Part shown: positions 25,880-38,200 of the stretch, piece by piece
Position numbering within the stretch: the first letter of the stretch is position 1
How the letters are laid out: each line of letters begins with the position of its first letter
Assembly: GCF_006345805.1 (NCBI RefSeq)
Contig: NC_043003.1
Span: 47,864,001-47,928,000, forward strand
Reading direction: 5' to 3'
DNA from: Octopus sinensis
Lineage: Eukaryota
DNA length: 64,000 nt
Notes under the pieces: generated by a model
Told to the model about the DNA's origin: nothing
The model's input: only the letters and a program-made list of their open reading frames with translations
Databases searched by the model: none
Position numbers and translations under genes: made by a program

Positions 25880-27298
25880 TTTCTTCTAGTTTCAGTTCAG
25901 AGCTGCAGCCATGTTGATGCACCGCCGTCTTGTGCTACACTGTTATTGCAAAGAACCTCATCTAATATGTGGCACTTGGTGAAGAATGGAGTTTGATATA
26001 GCTACTCTCATTTGCATCTCTTGCCGTGAGGTAGGTTCATCTGGGACTCTGGACAGGAAGATGTCCAGCTTTGATTTAAAAACCGCTACATCTACTTTAT
26101 GCAAGTTCCTCAGACTCTTTGGGAGAATATTAAAAAGCTGTGGGCCCTTGAAACCCAGGCTGTTGCAGAAGCTGGTCCTGAAGCGTGATGGCATTGCTGG
26201 GATCTTTGGCACTATGCAGTGTCGTCCCGTTCTAGCATTGGTGTAGCTTACAATGCCAAAATTTGGCACAATTCCTTCCAGGATCTTCCAGACATATATT
26301 ACTGCATACCTCTCCCGTCTTCTCTCCGGGGAGTAGAGTCTTAGCTGTTTCAACTTTTCCCAGTAGCTGAGCTGTTGCAAAGAGACTATCTTCTTTGTGA
26401 ATCTTCTCTGGATTGCCTCAAGGTCCACTGTTAATATTACACTGGTGGGTGAGCAGTAATCCAGTCCAGGCGGCTGAGGATGAATGTCCGCCAGAGGACC
26501 ATCATGGTTTCCATATCTCTGGTTCTGAATGTTCTTAGGATCCACCCAGCCAGTCGTCTGCACTTTGTTGCCATCCTGGTAATGTGCACTTGGAAAGAGG
26601 TATCATAACTCATGTTGATACCCAGGTCTCTCACAGACTTAGGTTCTGGGATTGAAATTCCCTGTGGACCGGTGTATCCTGTAAGTTTAATATTCAGTTT
26701 TGGATGCTGGTAGTGCAGGGCTTGGAATTTTTCAGCATTAAACTGCATATTATTATCCTCAGCTCATCTGTAGATTGAGTCCAACTCCTGCTGCAGGTGT
26801 GCAACATCCCTGGGGTTCTGTATTTTCTGCGAGACTTTCATATCGTCTGCATAGCTGGCCAGAGTGGCTATCCGGGCATTTGAGGGCATATCTGAGAGGG
26901 CCACTATAAAAAGCAGTGGTCCCAAGACAGTGCCCTGTGGAACACTGCTCACTATTTGTGTGTTCATAGAGGTGGCTCCATTAACCACTACTGCCTGACT
27001 CCTATCTTTCAGGAAGTCATGAAACCACACTCCAAGTTTTCCAGCTATGCCGAAGTCATGCAGTTTGTGGCATATCATACCATGATCCACGTTGTCAAAA
27101 GCTTTTGCAAAATCAAGGTAGATTACATCCACATTTGATTTGTTGAGTAACTGCCTCAACACCCAGTCATAATGTTGTAAGAGCTGGGTCAGGCAGCTCC
27201 TACCTGGTCGAAAACCATGCTGGGTATCACTCAGCAAGTCATTTTCCTCAAGGAATGCAATTAGTTTCTTTCTGACTATCCGTTCCATGACTTTGCTG
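25880..27298 (-). mobile_element. CR1/L2-group LINE, 5'-truncated reverse transcriptase pseudogene
   Basis: SKVMERIV..QHGFRPGRSCLTQLL..VDVIYLDFAKAFD..VPQGTVLGPLLF..YADD, then RDLGI, RLDYCS, IQRRFTK..RRERY C-terminal motifs across frameshifted ORFs. Inserted in (TA)n. Confidence 0.92.
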
Positions 27299-27305
27299 AT
27301 GTGTA

Positions 27306-27340
<35 letters not shown>

Positions 27341-27557
27341 GCTGATATGTTATATATATATATATATATCATATATTATATGCTGATGTATATATATATA
27401 TATATATATATAGATAATATTATATATATATATCACATATATATATATTATATATGTATATATATATATGCTGATGTATATATATATATATATATATAAT
27501 ATATATATATACACATATATATATATATTATATATGTATATATATATATATATGCTG

Positions 27558-27590
<33 letters not shown>

Positions 27591-27643
27591 ACATATATTA
27601 TATATATATACATATATATACTATATATATATTACATATACAT

Positions 27644-28002
27644 ACTCTTTTACTCTTTTACTCTTTTACTTGTTTCAGTCATTTGACTGCGGCCATGCTG
27701 GAGCACCGCCTTTTATACTTATTCTATCGGTCTCTTTTGCCGAACCGCTAAGTAACGGGATAAGCACACCAGCATCGGTTGTCAAGCAATGCTAGGGGAC
27801 AAACACAACACACACATACATACATATATATATATATATATACGACAGGCTTCTTTCAGTTTCGTCTACCAAATCCACTCACAAGGCTTTGGTCGGCCGG
27901 GGCTACAGTAGAAGACACTTGCCCAAGATGCCACGCAGTGGACTGAACCCGGACCCATGTGGCAGGTAGACAAGCTACTTACCACACAGCCACTCCTGCG
28001 CC
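27644..28002 (-). mobile_element. Full-length tRNA-derived SINE family A with (GAGTAAAA)n tail
   Basis: Head ggcgcaggagtggctgtgtggtaagtagc and tail ggcggtgctccagcatggccgcagtcaaatgactgaaacaagtaaaagagtaaaagag. Confidence 0.85.
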
Positions 28003-28133
28003 TATATACATATATATATACATACATATATATATACATACATATATATATATATATCTATAACATATATATATTATATATACATATATAATCTATACAT
28101 ACATATATACATACATATACATATATACATCCA

Positions 28134-28214
<81 letters not shown>

Positions 28215-28261
28215 TATATATATATACATACATATATATATACATACTATATTATACATAT

Positions 28262-28628
28262 ATCATCATCATCATCATCATCGTCGTTTAACGTCCGTTC
28301 TCCATGCTAGCATGGGTTGGACGGTTCGACCGGGGTTCTGGAAGCCAGAAGGCTGCACCAGGCTCCAGTCTAATTTGGCAATGTTTCTACAGCTGGATGC
28401 CTTCCCTAACGCCAACCACTCCGTGAGTGTAGTGGGTGCTTTTTACGTGCCACCTGCACAGGTGCCAGGCGGGGCTGGCAACGGCCACGGTCAGATTGTG
28501 TATTTTATGTGCCACCGGCACGGAAGCCAGTCGAGGCGGTGCTGGCATCGGCCACGAGTCGGATAGTGCTTTTTACGTACCCCCAGACCAGGGATCCTGG
28601 CTGGTTCAATTCGATTTATATATATATA

Positions 28629-28660
<32 letters not shown>

Positions 28661-29293
28661 CATATATATATATATACATATAAAAGCACCATCCGTTCGT
28701 GGCCGTTTGCCAGCCCTGTCTGGCCCCCATGTCGGTGACATGTAAAAGCACCATCCGTTCGTGTCCGTTGCCAGCCTCGCCTGGCCCCCGTGCCGGTGAC
28801 ACGTTAAAGCACCATCCGTTCGTGGCCGTTTGCCAGCCCTGTCTGGCCCCCATGTCGGTGGCATGTAAAAGCACCATCCGTTCGTGCCCGTTGCCAGCCT
28901 CGCCTGGCCCCCGTGCCGGTGACACGTAAAAGCACCATCCGTTTCGTGGCCGTTGCCAGCTCTGTCTGGCCCCCGTGTTGGTGGCACGTAAAAGCACCAT
29001 CCGTTCGTGTCCGTTGCCAGCCTCGCCTGGCCCCCGTGCCGGTGACACGTAAAAGCACCATCCGTTCGTGGCCGTTTGCCAGCTCTGTCTGGCACCTGTG
29101 CAGGTGGCACGTAAAAAGCACCCACTACACTCACGGAGTGGTTGGCGTTAGGAAGGGCATCCAGCCGTAGAAACACTGCCAGATCTGACGGGGCCTGATG
29201 AAGCCTTCCAGCTTCACAGACCCCAGTTGAACCGTCCAACCCATGCTAGCATGGAGAACGGACGCTAAATGATGATGATGATGATGATGATGA

Positions 29294-29297
<4 letters not shown>
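28262..29297. mobile_element. Two oppositely oriented RTE 3'UTR copies; the right copy has ~7 tandem ~60-bp units
   Basis: (CAT)n-cgtttaacgtccg at the left end and ggacgctaaat-(GAT)n at the right end. Unit aaagcaccatccgttcgtg.ccgtt.gccagc repeats over 28680-29110. Confidence 0.85.
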
Positions 29298-29333
<36 letters not shown>

Positions 29334-29361
29334 TATATATATACATATATATATAATATAC

Positions 29362-29414
<53 letters not shown>

Positions 29415-29841
29415 CATATATATATAATATATTACATATATATATATATACAATATATATAACATATATATATATATACATATATATATACATACATATA
29501 TATATATAACTTAGAATAACTTAGAAAGGTTTTGGCCAGTATTGGTCCAGGCCATGTCTAACTTAATAGCACCACCTGGTGAAGTCTTTCAGTTCAGGAT
29601 TTGGGCACCAAGGCCCATTCGAGCAGAGAGTTATTGTTTGCGGAGACATATCCGGGTGTGGGTGGTTTGTCCGGTACTGTTTGAAGGAATTTGTCCAAAG
29701 ACTTCTTGAATTTTGTGTGGTTTGCACATCAGAGGCCCTACCAAAACCGCACGGACGCCAGACAGGGGTCCCTCCCTTGGGGAGAACAAAAAGAAAAATA
29801 TAGAAGGGAATACATACATATATATATATATACATATATAT

Positions 29842-29872
<31 letters not shown>

Positions 29873-30027
29873 CATACATATATATATATAGATATATACA
29901 TATATATATACATACATATACATATATAATATACATACATATACATATATATATATACATACATATATATATATTATATATATAATATATATATATATAT
30001 ATACATACATATATATATATATATATA

Positions 30028-30069
<42 letters not shown>

Positions 30070-30187
30070 CAATACATATATATATATAATATAAAATATT
30101 ATTAGAGACAAAACCACTATTTTGCAAAACAAACAAGGAAAGACTTAATCAATACATAAAATTTTAATAAATAGTCGAAAAAACCGC

Positions 30188-30228
30188 CACTACAATTGTT
30201 TCTTGTCTTGATCGACAATCTTCAGGTG
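30188..30228 (-). ncRNA. Minimal type-I hammerhead ribozyme
   Basis: Minus strand: cac-CTGAAGA-ttgtc-gatcaa-gacaa-GAAA-caattg-TA-gtg. All three stems pair; palindromic stem III; GUA triplet. Confidence 0.8.
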
Positions 30229-30489
30229 TGGACTTCCAATAAGTCAGTTTCAAATTATGCACTTCATAATTTGAACTGACTTATTGGAAGTCCATATGTA
30301 TATATATATATATACATATATACATATATATATATACATATATATATAACATATATATATACATATATATATACATATATATATACATATATATATATAC
30401 ATATAATATATATACTATATATATATATATAACATTATATATATATACATATATATATATACATATATATATATACATATATATATCTA

Positions 30490-30534
<45 letters not shown>

Positions 30535-30614
30535 TATATAATATATATACTATAATATATATATATACATATATATTATATATATACATATATATATATA
30601 CATATATATATATA

Positions 30615-30652
<38 letters not shown>

Positions 30653-30749
30653 TATTATATATACATATATATATATACATATATATATACATTATATATA
30701 TATAACATATTATAATATACATATATATATATATACAATATATATATAT

Positions 30750-30820
<71 letters not shown>

Positions 30821-30826
<6 letters not shown>

Positions 30827-31362
30827 TGTTCTATCAGTTTCCTGTACTAAATCCATTTACAAGGCTTTGGTTGGCCCGAGGCTTGTAGAAGATAGTTGCC
30901 TAAGGTGTCATGTAGTGAGAGGATGGTCATGGCTAGACTACATTTGTTTATAGATCTGGTCAGTGAACAGTGATTAAAGAAGTGAAGTAAATGAAACGTA
31001 GGAGTTACAAGTTTTTCCTCTCCATTTTTGTTTTTCAGACAGTTGCATAAGTCATATTAAAAAATTGAATCTCAAAGATAAAACGTAATTCATTTTGAGG
31101 TCAGTTGTGAGAGAGTAGTCATATTTTGGAGGAGGGAAATTTTGATAGAGAAAAGAAACTTTATGTGACGTATGTAAAATAAAAACATTGTTGTAGAGTG
31201 AAATACCAAAGCCAAACTTTGGTTGGTTAACCATGTATGACTGGATAAATCCTGTTTGTGGGAGATTTCCGCTTAATTGAAGTTGTTGTTGCTTAGCCTT
31301 ATGTGAGTCTTGATTGAGTGGATTGACAATTAAAGGCATCCAGCAGTGACAGTTTCATCTTT
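30821..31362 (+). repeat. Copy 2 of the ~540-bp direct duplication
   Basis: See 23912-24454. This copy continues into unique sequence. Confidence 0.95.
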
Positions 31363-34300
31363 CAATTTTGTGAAAGACCACATTATTCAATATGTTCCTT
31401 TCATAAAAGTGTGAGGTGCGATTTGTGGGAGATTTTGGCTGTTATTTTTAGGAACCTGTATGTTGTCTACCAACCACGTACATGTTTTCTCATTGGTTCA
31501 GCACGTGTGAGATAATAAAAGAGAAACAGGTAATTCTCAAGCTTTCTGTATTTTTATTGGCTGTTGTCACTGAGGGTAGGAGAGGAAGAGGTATTCAAGT
31601 GAAAAAATACGTCAATTCATTGAGCAGCAGAGCAATGCTTTTCACAATGTGTTATGCGTGAAAAGAAAGAGGGTATTCAGTACAGAGCTCTGAATGAACT
31701 GAAGTGGATGAGGAGATAGATACCAGGCAGTGGGGGTGGTGATATTATAGTGGAGGAAGAAGTATACAGTTTATAGGTGAGATACAACAGAGACAACATG
31801 CCTCACAATAAAGACAAAATACCAGTTTCAAATACGGATTTGTTTCCAGTCACTTAACGCTATGCTTCAGGTAACCAGATGAAAGAAAGCATGAGAGAGA
31901 GAGAGAGAGAAACAGGTGTGCATATAGACATGCATTTGTTTACTGATTTAACCCCTTAGTGTTTAAACTGGCCATATCCAGCTCAAATATTCAACCTGTT
32001 TTATGTTCAAACTGGCCAGATCCAGTCTCTTATACCTATACTATAATGTCATTCTAAAGATATAAGAATAAAAATTTTGAAATTATGAGACAATCTATGG
32101 TTAATTCAAAACAATTTGAATAAATAAGCATTAGATTTGACAGAAAAGTCAGTTTTCTTATACTAGAATAGATAGGATGAAGACATTATTCAGGTATTGT
32201 CTTACAGCCAAATGACTGTCCATTTATGGATTTTACTGTAAAGATCAGCAACAAGAAAGGAATTTCATTCCATATGTCTTCAAAAAAGGTGAGGTTGATA
32301 AGGAATTGTCAACATAATATCACCACTTTTGCTTGAGTGAGGGCAGAAATGCTTAGCAATATTTCGTCTGTCTTTGTGTTCTGAGTTCCAATTCCGCCAA
32401 GGTCAACTTTGCCTTTCATGCTTTCGGGGTTGATAAATTAAGTACCAGTTGTGTACTGTGTCAATCTAATCGACTGGTCCCCACTCTCCAAAAATTTTGG
32501 GCCTTGTGTCTAGAGTAGAAAAGAGTATCACCCTTTTTGCTTGAGTGAATTCATGGAAAGACATTCACACAAACACACACATGCAGAAATACATAAATTA
32601 TCATCATCAACACTTAACACCTGTTTTCTATGCTGGTATGGGCTGGACGGCTTGACAGGAACTAGCAAAGTCAGGGGCCATACCAAGTTCCATAATCTGT
32701 TTTGGCTTGGTTTCTATGGCTGGATGCCATTCCTAATGCCAACCACTTTATAGAGTGTACTGAGTGCATTTTGTGTGGCACAAGCACCAACACCAATGTT
32801 TTTTACATGGCACCTTGGTTTTAGGACCCCTATTCTGTTGTGGTGGGTGGGTCTTCTTGAGTACAGTAATGTACCACATATCTTGGTCCTCTGTCATCTC
32901 CTTTGTAAGGTTCAGTGCTTTGAGACTGGCCTGCAACATTTCATCCCATGTCTTCCTGGGTCCCTCTCATTCATCACTGATTCATCCGGATTCTGCTGAC
33001 CATTTCCACTCACAGGGCATTGGTTGGCCTGAGGCTATAGCCCAATGTGATATGCAGTAGAACTGTACCTATAATTATGTGGTTCCAACTGCTTAACCAC
33101 ACCATGTATGTGTGTGTGTGTGTGTGTGCGTATGTCTGTATGTACACAAAAAAAAATTGAAAGAAATACAAAAATAATATTAAATTTTAGTTAATTGTCT
33201 GCTTTTTTCTATAAGCCCATTAACAAACATAAGTAATAGCTAACCATTTCTTTAATCACAAGCAAGCCCAAAACCAGTAATCCTCTCCAGCTTCCAGTGG
33301 AAAGGAGAATAATTTTCCATTGGATAAGATGCTGTTTTATTACAAGTAACATTTTTCCTGAAGGAAAACTAGAATTTAATTGGCTATTATATGCCACATT
33401 ATCTTAAAACTAGGTGGACTGGATCCATCGAGTTGCCATGGTGACATGACATAACCAGCTTGCCAGTTGTTGGTCAAGTACACTGTTGCAGCAGGCCCAC
33501 TCTGACCACTTATGCTTTCGTTCATAAGCATATTGTCCTGCTATGTTTTAACTCCACAGCTCGATGAAGTGTAAGCGTATCATTTCTAACTTATCTATGC
33601 TGGTTATATGTCTATCTATACATATTGATCAATTATAGATTGCATAAGGTGCTCCAGTGGTCAGGGGATTAACTCTGGTCCTTGGTATTGGTGTGTAATT
33701 TGGACTTGGCATACAAAGAGCTGGGACAGAACTCTTGATATGTTGTTCAATGCTCTAACAATTCCAGCCATCAGTTCACTACCCTGGGCAAGTATTTTAT
33801 TTATTTACCTTGGAAGTGAAGAAAGGCAAAGCTCACTTTCGAGGGATTTGAACACAGAGACAGAGAGCTACAATGAATATTGTAAGCTGTTTGTTTAATC
33901 ACTTTGCCACCATGTCTGCGGATAATTAATTCTTCATCATCATCATTTAATGTCCATTTTCTGTGTTGGCATAGGTTGGACAGCTTGACAGGAACTGGTA
34001 AAGCCAGGGTCCACACTCGGCTCCATTGTCTGTTCTGATATGGTTTCTACAGCTGGATGCCCTTCCTAACACCAACCACTCTACAGAGGATACTGGGTGC
34101 TTTTTACATAGCAGCATCACCAGTGCTTTTTAAGAGGCACCAGCACTCACACCAATGCTTTTTATGTGGCACTTCAGTTTTAGGATCTCAATTCTGTTGT
34201 GGTGGGCAAGTTTTCTGAAGTACAATAATGTGTCACTAATTAATTTACTGTCAAGTTTTATAGCCATACACCACTACTGCTGCCGCCGCCACCACCACAG

Positions 34301-35276
34301 GCACTATCAAGTCATTCTTATCTCCACAGGCTATTTTACAGCTGTTTAATGGCAATATATTTCATTCTAAAATGGTGCATGAAAAACTGACTGCTTAAGA
34401 AAATAAAAACAAGGTACACCAGAAGAAAGTCATTGAAAGGTGAAATATAAAAGTCTTGAACAAAACCAATGATTTTGTTATCTTTATTACTGCTACCTTA
34501 AGGCAGTGAACTGGCAGAATCACTAGCAAACTGGCCAAAATGCATAGTGGCATTCTGGCTCTTCATGTTCTAAGTTCAAATTCCTCCAAGGTCAACTCTG
34601 CCTTTCATCCTGTTGGGTTGATGAAAAAAGTGTCTGTTGAGTATTGGGGTTTGATCTAACTGCCCCCACCCCCCACCCCAGCCACCAAATGTCAAGCCTT
34701 GTTTCTAGATTAGAAAGTATTATTAGTGCGATCGGCAAGCTGGCAAACCTTTTAGAGCATTGTATGAAATACTTAGCAGCATTTCTTCTGACTCTACATT
34801 CTGAGTTCAAATTTCATCAAAGTCAACCGTTGCCTTTTATCATTTTGGGGGGTCAATAAATAGTACTAGTTGAGTGTTGATGTTGATGTAATTGACTATT
34901 CCTCTCTACTAAAAATGCTGATCTTGAGCCAAAATTTGAAACCATAGTCAATTCTGTCAAAGGCTGGTGGATTGGATTGGTAGAACTGTTAGTGTGGCAG
35001 ACAAAATGCTTTGCAGTATTCTGACTCTTTATGGTCTGAGTTCAAATCCCACTGAGGACTTTGCCCTTCATCTCTCCAGAGTTAATAAAATCAAGTGACA
35101 GTCAATTACAGGTGTCTATGGTATCAACTAACTCTTCCCTTCAAAACTGCTTCTCTTGTGCTTAAATCAAACACAATCATTAGAGCTACTAAGGCAGAAT
35201 GGATAAGAATGTGTGACAAATGTTTTCTATGTGTTGTTGCCTCCCTTTATGTTTTGAGTTCAAATTCAGTTAGAGA

Positions 35277-38200
35277 CTAGCAGCATAGCCCGGCGTTGCC
35301 CGGGTATGTAAGAGCCCCTAGTAGGCAACGACTAATCCCAATGTAGTCCTTTCCCTCCAGGGAACGAAGGTGCATGTGGACGTTGCAATGTCTTGTCTTC
35401 ACTGGAATACTTCTGTATATACGATGTTCCTAGCTGTCCGTTTGGGCGAAAACATGAAAACATCATTGCGCCTCCCAACGCGTGAACAGCCCACGTAGAG
35501 TTGACCGTGGGCGAAGCACTGTTCGCCCAAATGTAACCCAGCGACTTGTAGCGTTTGGCCTTGGGATTTATTGATGGACATTGCGAAGCAGAGTTTAACA
35601 GGAAACTGAGAACGCCTGAAGTGGATTGGTAGGTCAGCGCCCGACGGTTGAAGGTGCATCCGTGGAATGAAGACGTCCTCTCCCTTCCCACAACCGGTAA
35701 GTATTGTGGCCGTTATTAAATGTGGTGCCAAATGTTTCACAACCAACCGTGTGCCGTTGCACTGTTTAGGTGGAACCAAATTCCTGATGAGCATAATGGG
35801 CGCACCGACTTTTAACTTCAGGATGTGTGGTGGCAGGCCTGGCGGTTCAAGTGAATTCAGGAATTCAACAGGATAATCGGCAAGCTGGGCGGGGTCTGCT
35901 GTCCTATCTATAGATTTGTAGACGTGGACATCACCAGGAATAGCTTCAAGTAGCTGGATATTGATGGAGTTGACGGTTGTATTTTTGGGTGCGAGAATAG
36001 CTCTGCCTGCCAGCCATTCTAGGTCGCGTAAATTGTTTTGTAGGTCGTGGAAGACAGCGTCCCGGAGGCTAGCAGGGGTGTCGACAATGGTGCAAAGTGA
36101 GTCCAATTGAACATAGCCATCCGCATCAGACAGCATCCTATTTTCACCGAGCGATAAGAGGTCCCTGGAGAATGCAGCGGATCCGCTGTCACCAATTAAC
36201 TGCGCGCGCATGTTAGTTTGGAGGTGCAAGGGCCGCACATGTGCCCAAAGAGCTGACGACTTAAGGCACGCGCGCACGGCATCGGCACGGGTTCCTTTTG
36301 GAATAACAGGTAGAGTCTGCCTGAAGTCTCCTGAAAGAAGTAAAGTTAATCCTCCCATGGGGGCCGTAGAGTCTCTGATGTCTTGCAGGGACCTGTCCAG
36401 TGCCTCAAGGGCGCCTTTGTGTGCCATAGTGCACTCGTCCCATACGATGAGTTTGCATCTGCGCAGAATGTCGGCCTGTTCTGAGTTCTTGGCGATGTTG
36501 CAGATAGGTGACTCGGACTTTGCCAGATCGAGCGGGAGTCTGAAGGCAGAGTGGGCGGTTCTGCCACCCGGAAGCAACGTGGCCGCGATACCAGAGAAGC
36601 TACAGCCAGGGCAATGTCCGTGTTGCGTCTGACCTCTGCCAGAATTAGTTTAGTGACGAAGGTTTTGCCAGTGCCGCCGGGTGCATCAAGGAAGAAAATC
36701 CCCCCACGTTGCTGTCTGACAGAGTCTACGATGGTGTTGTAGGCTATGTGCTGGTCTGGAAGCAGCCGTGGTTCATTATCTTGGACGTACTGGTGCAGTT
36801 CCTCAATGCAGTAGGAAGTTTCGCGTAACAATTCAGCAGACATAACATTGGCGTGTTCACGTGTGGGTGGTGGAAGGCCGTACTCTGTTAAAGCAGACCC
36901 ACCCATATCGATGACAGCGTCTTCGAGTTGAATGAGCGCAAAATTGTAAATGAAGTTGGTGAACGTGATCTCGGCGGAAGGGCAGTGTTGCTGAGCCGTA
37001 CGTAAGAAGTCGTGCGACATGTCATCCCTGTATTTCATCCAGAGACTTAGTGGATCACTAAGCTGACATTTTTGAAGAAGGATTGCGAAAAGATGTCGTA
37101 GGGCCGAATGCGTTTGCAGTAAAGCACCCTCTGCCATCGTGGCGTCCCACTGGGAGTCATCCTCTAGAAGGCCAAGTCTCATACATGCTTCCCTGAAGGT
37201 GTCGCACAGAACCCCATTGACGGTACGTATATTGGCGAAACCTGTTGGACCAGTGACCTCATGTAGAAGGAGACGGAGGTAGAAGCATTCTTGCTTGTTT
37301 GGCGGGATGTTGTAAACTCGACCCAGGCAGGAGTCAAACTTGACGCCTGGGAAGCTTTCGACGTTTTTGCCGGATTTCCGTCGAACCCAGGTGTTTTTAG
37401 ACCACACGAAGTACGATGGGACCTGTGGGTACAAAAGCGTTCGAGCGAAGTCATCACATTGGCATAATTTGAAGAAACCAGTCAACGTTGTGTCTTTAGG
37501 GCTGGTGGCTTTCTGCACAGCACTTTGCTCTGTGAAGTAAATCCGCTGTCCATTTTCCAAGTGTACAGCAAGCTGCACCACAGCCGGGTGTCTCTGATGG
37601 AGCGGGAAGCCGTAAATGCGCCAAAACGCTTCGTTGCTGCTGAGGTACCGGCCAGCCAAGTAGTTGGACACTTCGTCGCGACTGGTGGTCCTCTGGATGC
37701 TGAACATGGCAGCATCGCTGCCTTTGTTGATATATTTGCAGACATATTGTATTGACCTGATGGAGCTGCAGAACTCAACGTTGATGTGGGCTTTGAATAT
37801 CTTCGACAGGAGAGGACAGTAGAGGACAATGTAGCTGTTGTCCACTTGATGTCGCCCAACCGTAATCGTGCGGCCTCCATTGGCTGGACTCCTTCGTTTG
37901 TACAGCGGATACCCATCGCCGCCTGTTTGAGTCTCCAAAGTGAACCGTTTAGGGAATCCCTTTGAGCAGGCTAATCCGTTTTTGTAGCATGGTGTGTTGG
38001 CGTAATTTGGTCCACAGGGCCCGTGTACCATGGTAGTGCGGACAATTTCGTAGAGTCCGGGGTCCTCATCGGGGTCAGGAATCTCGGCGGAAATGAATTT
38101 GTCAATGTCATTAGTCTCGATTTTATGAGTGAGCCAAATTAAGATGTGAGCATGTGGCAAGCCCCTCTTTTGCCACTCGACCGAAAACATGTGGCACCTG

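Noticed and set aside
28680-29110. CRISPR-like regular array
   Set aside because: It is a tandem repeat without unique spacers inside an RTE 3'UTR, in eukaryotic DNA.
22593-30589. Many long Ile/Tyr-rich ORFs
   Set aside because: They are translations of (TA)n microsatellites.
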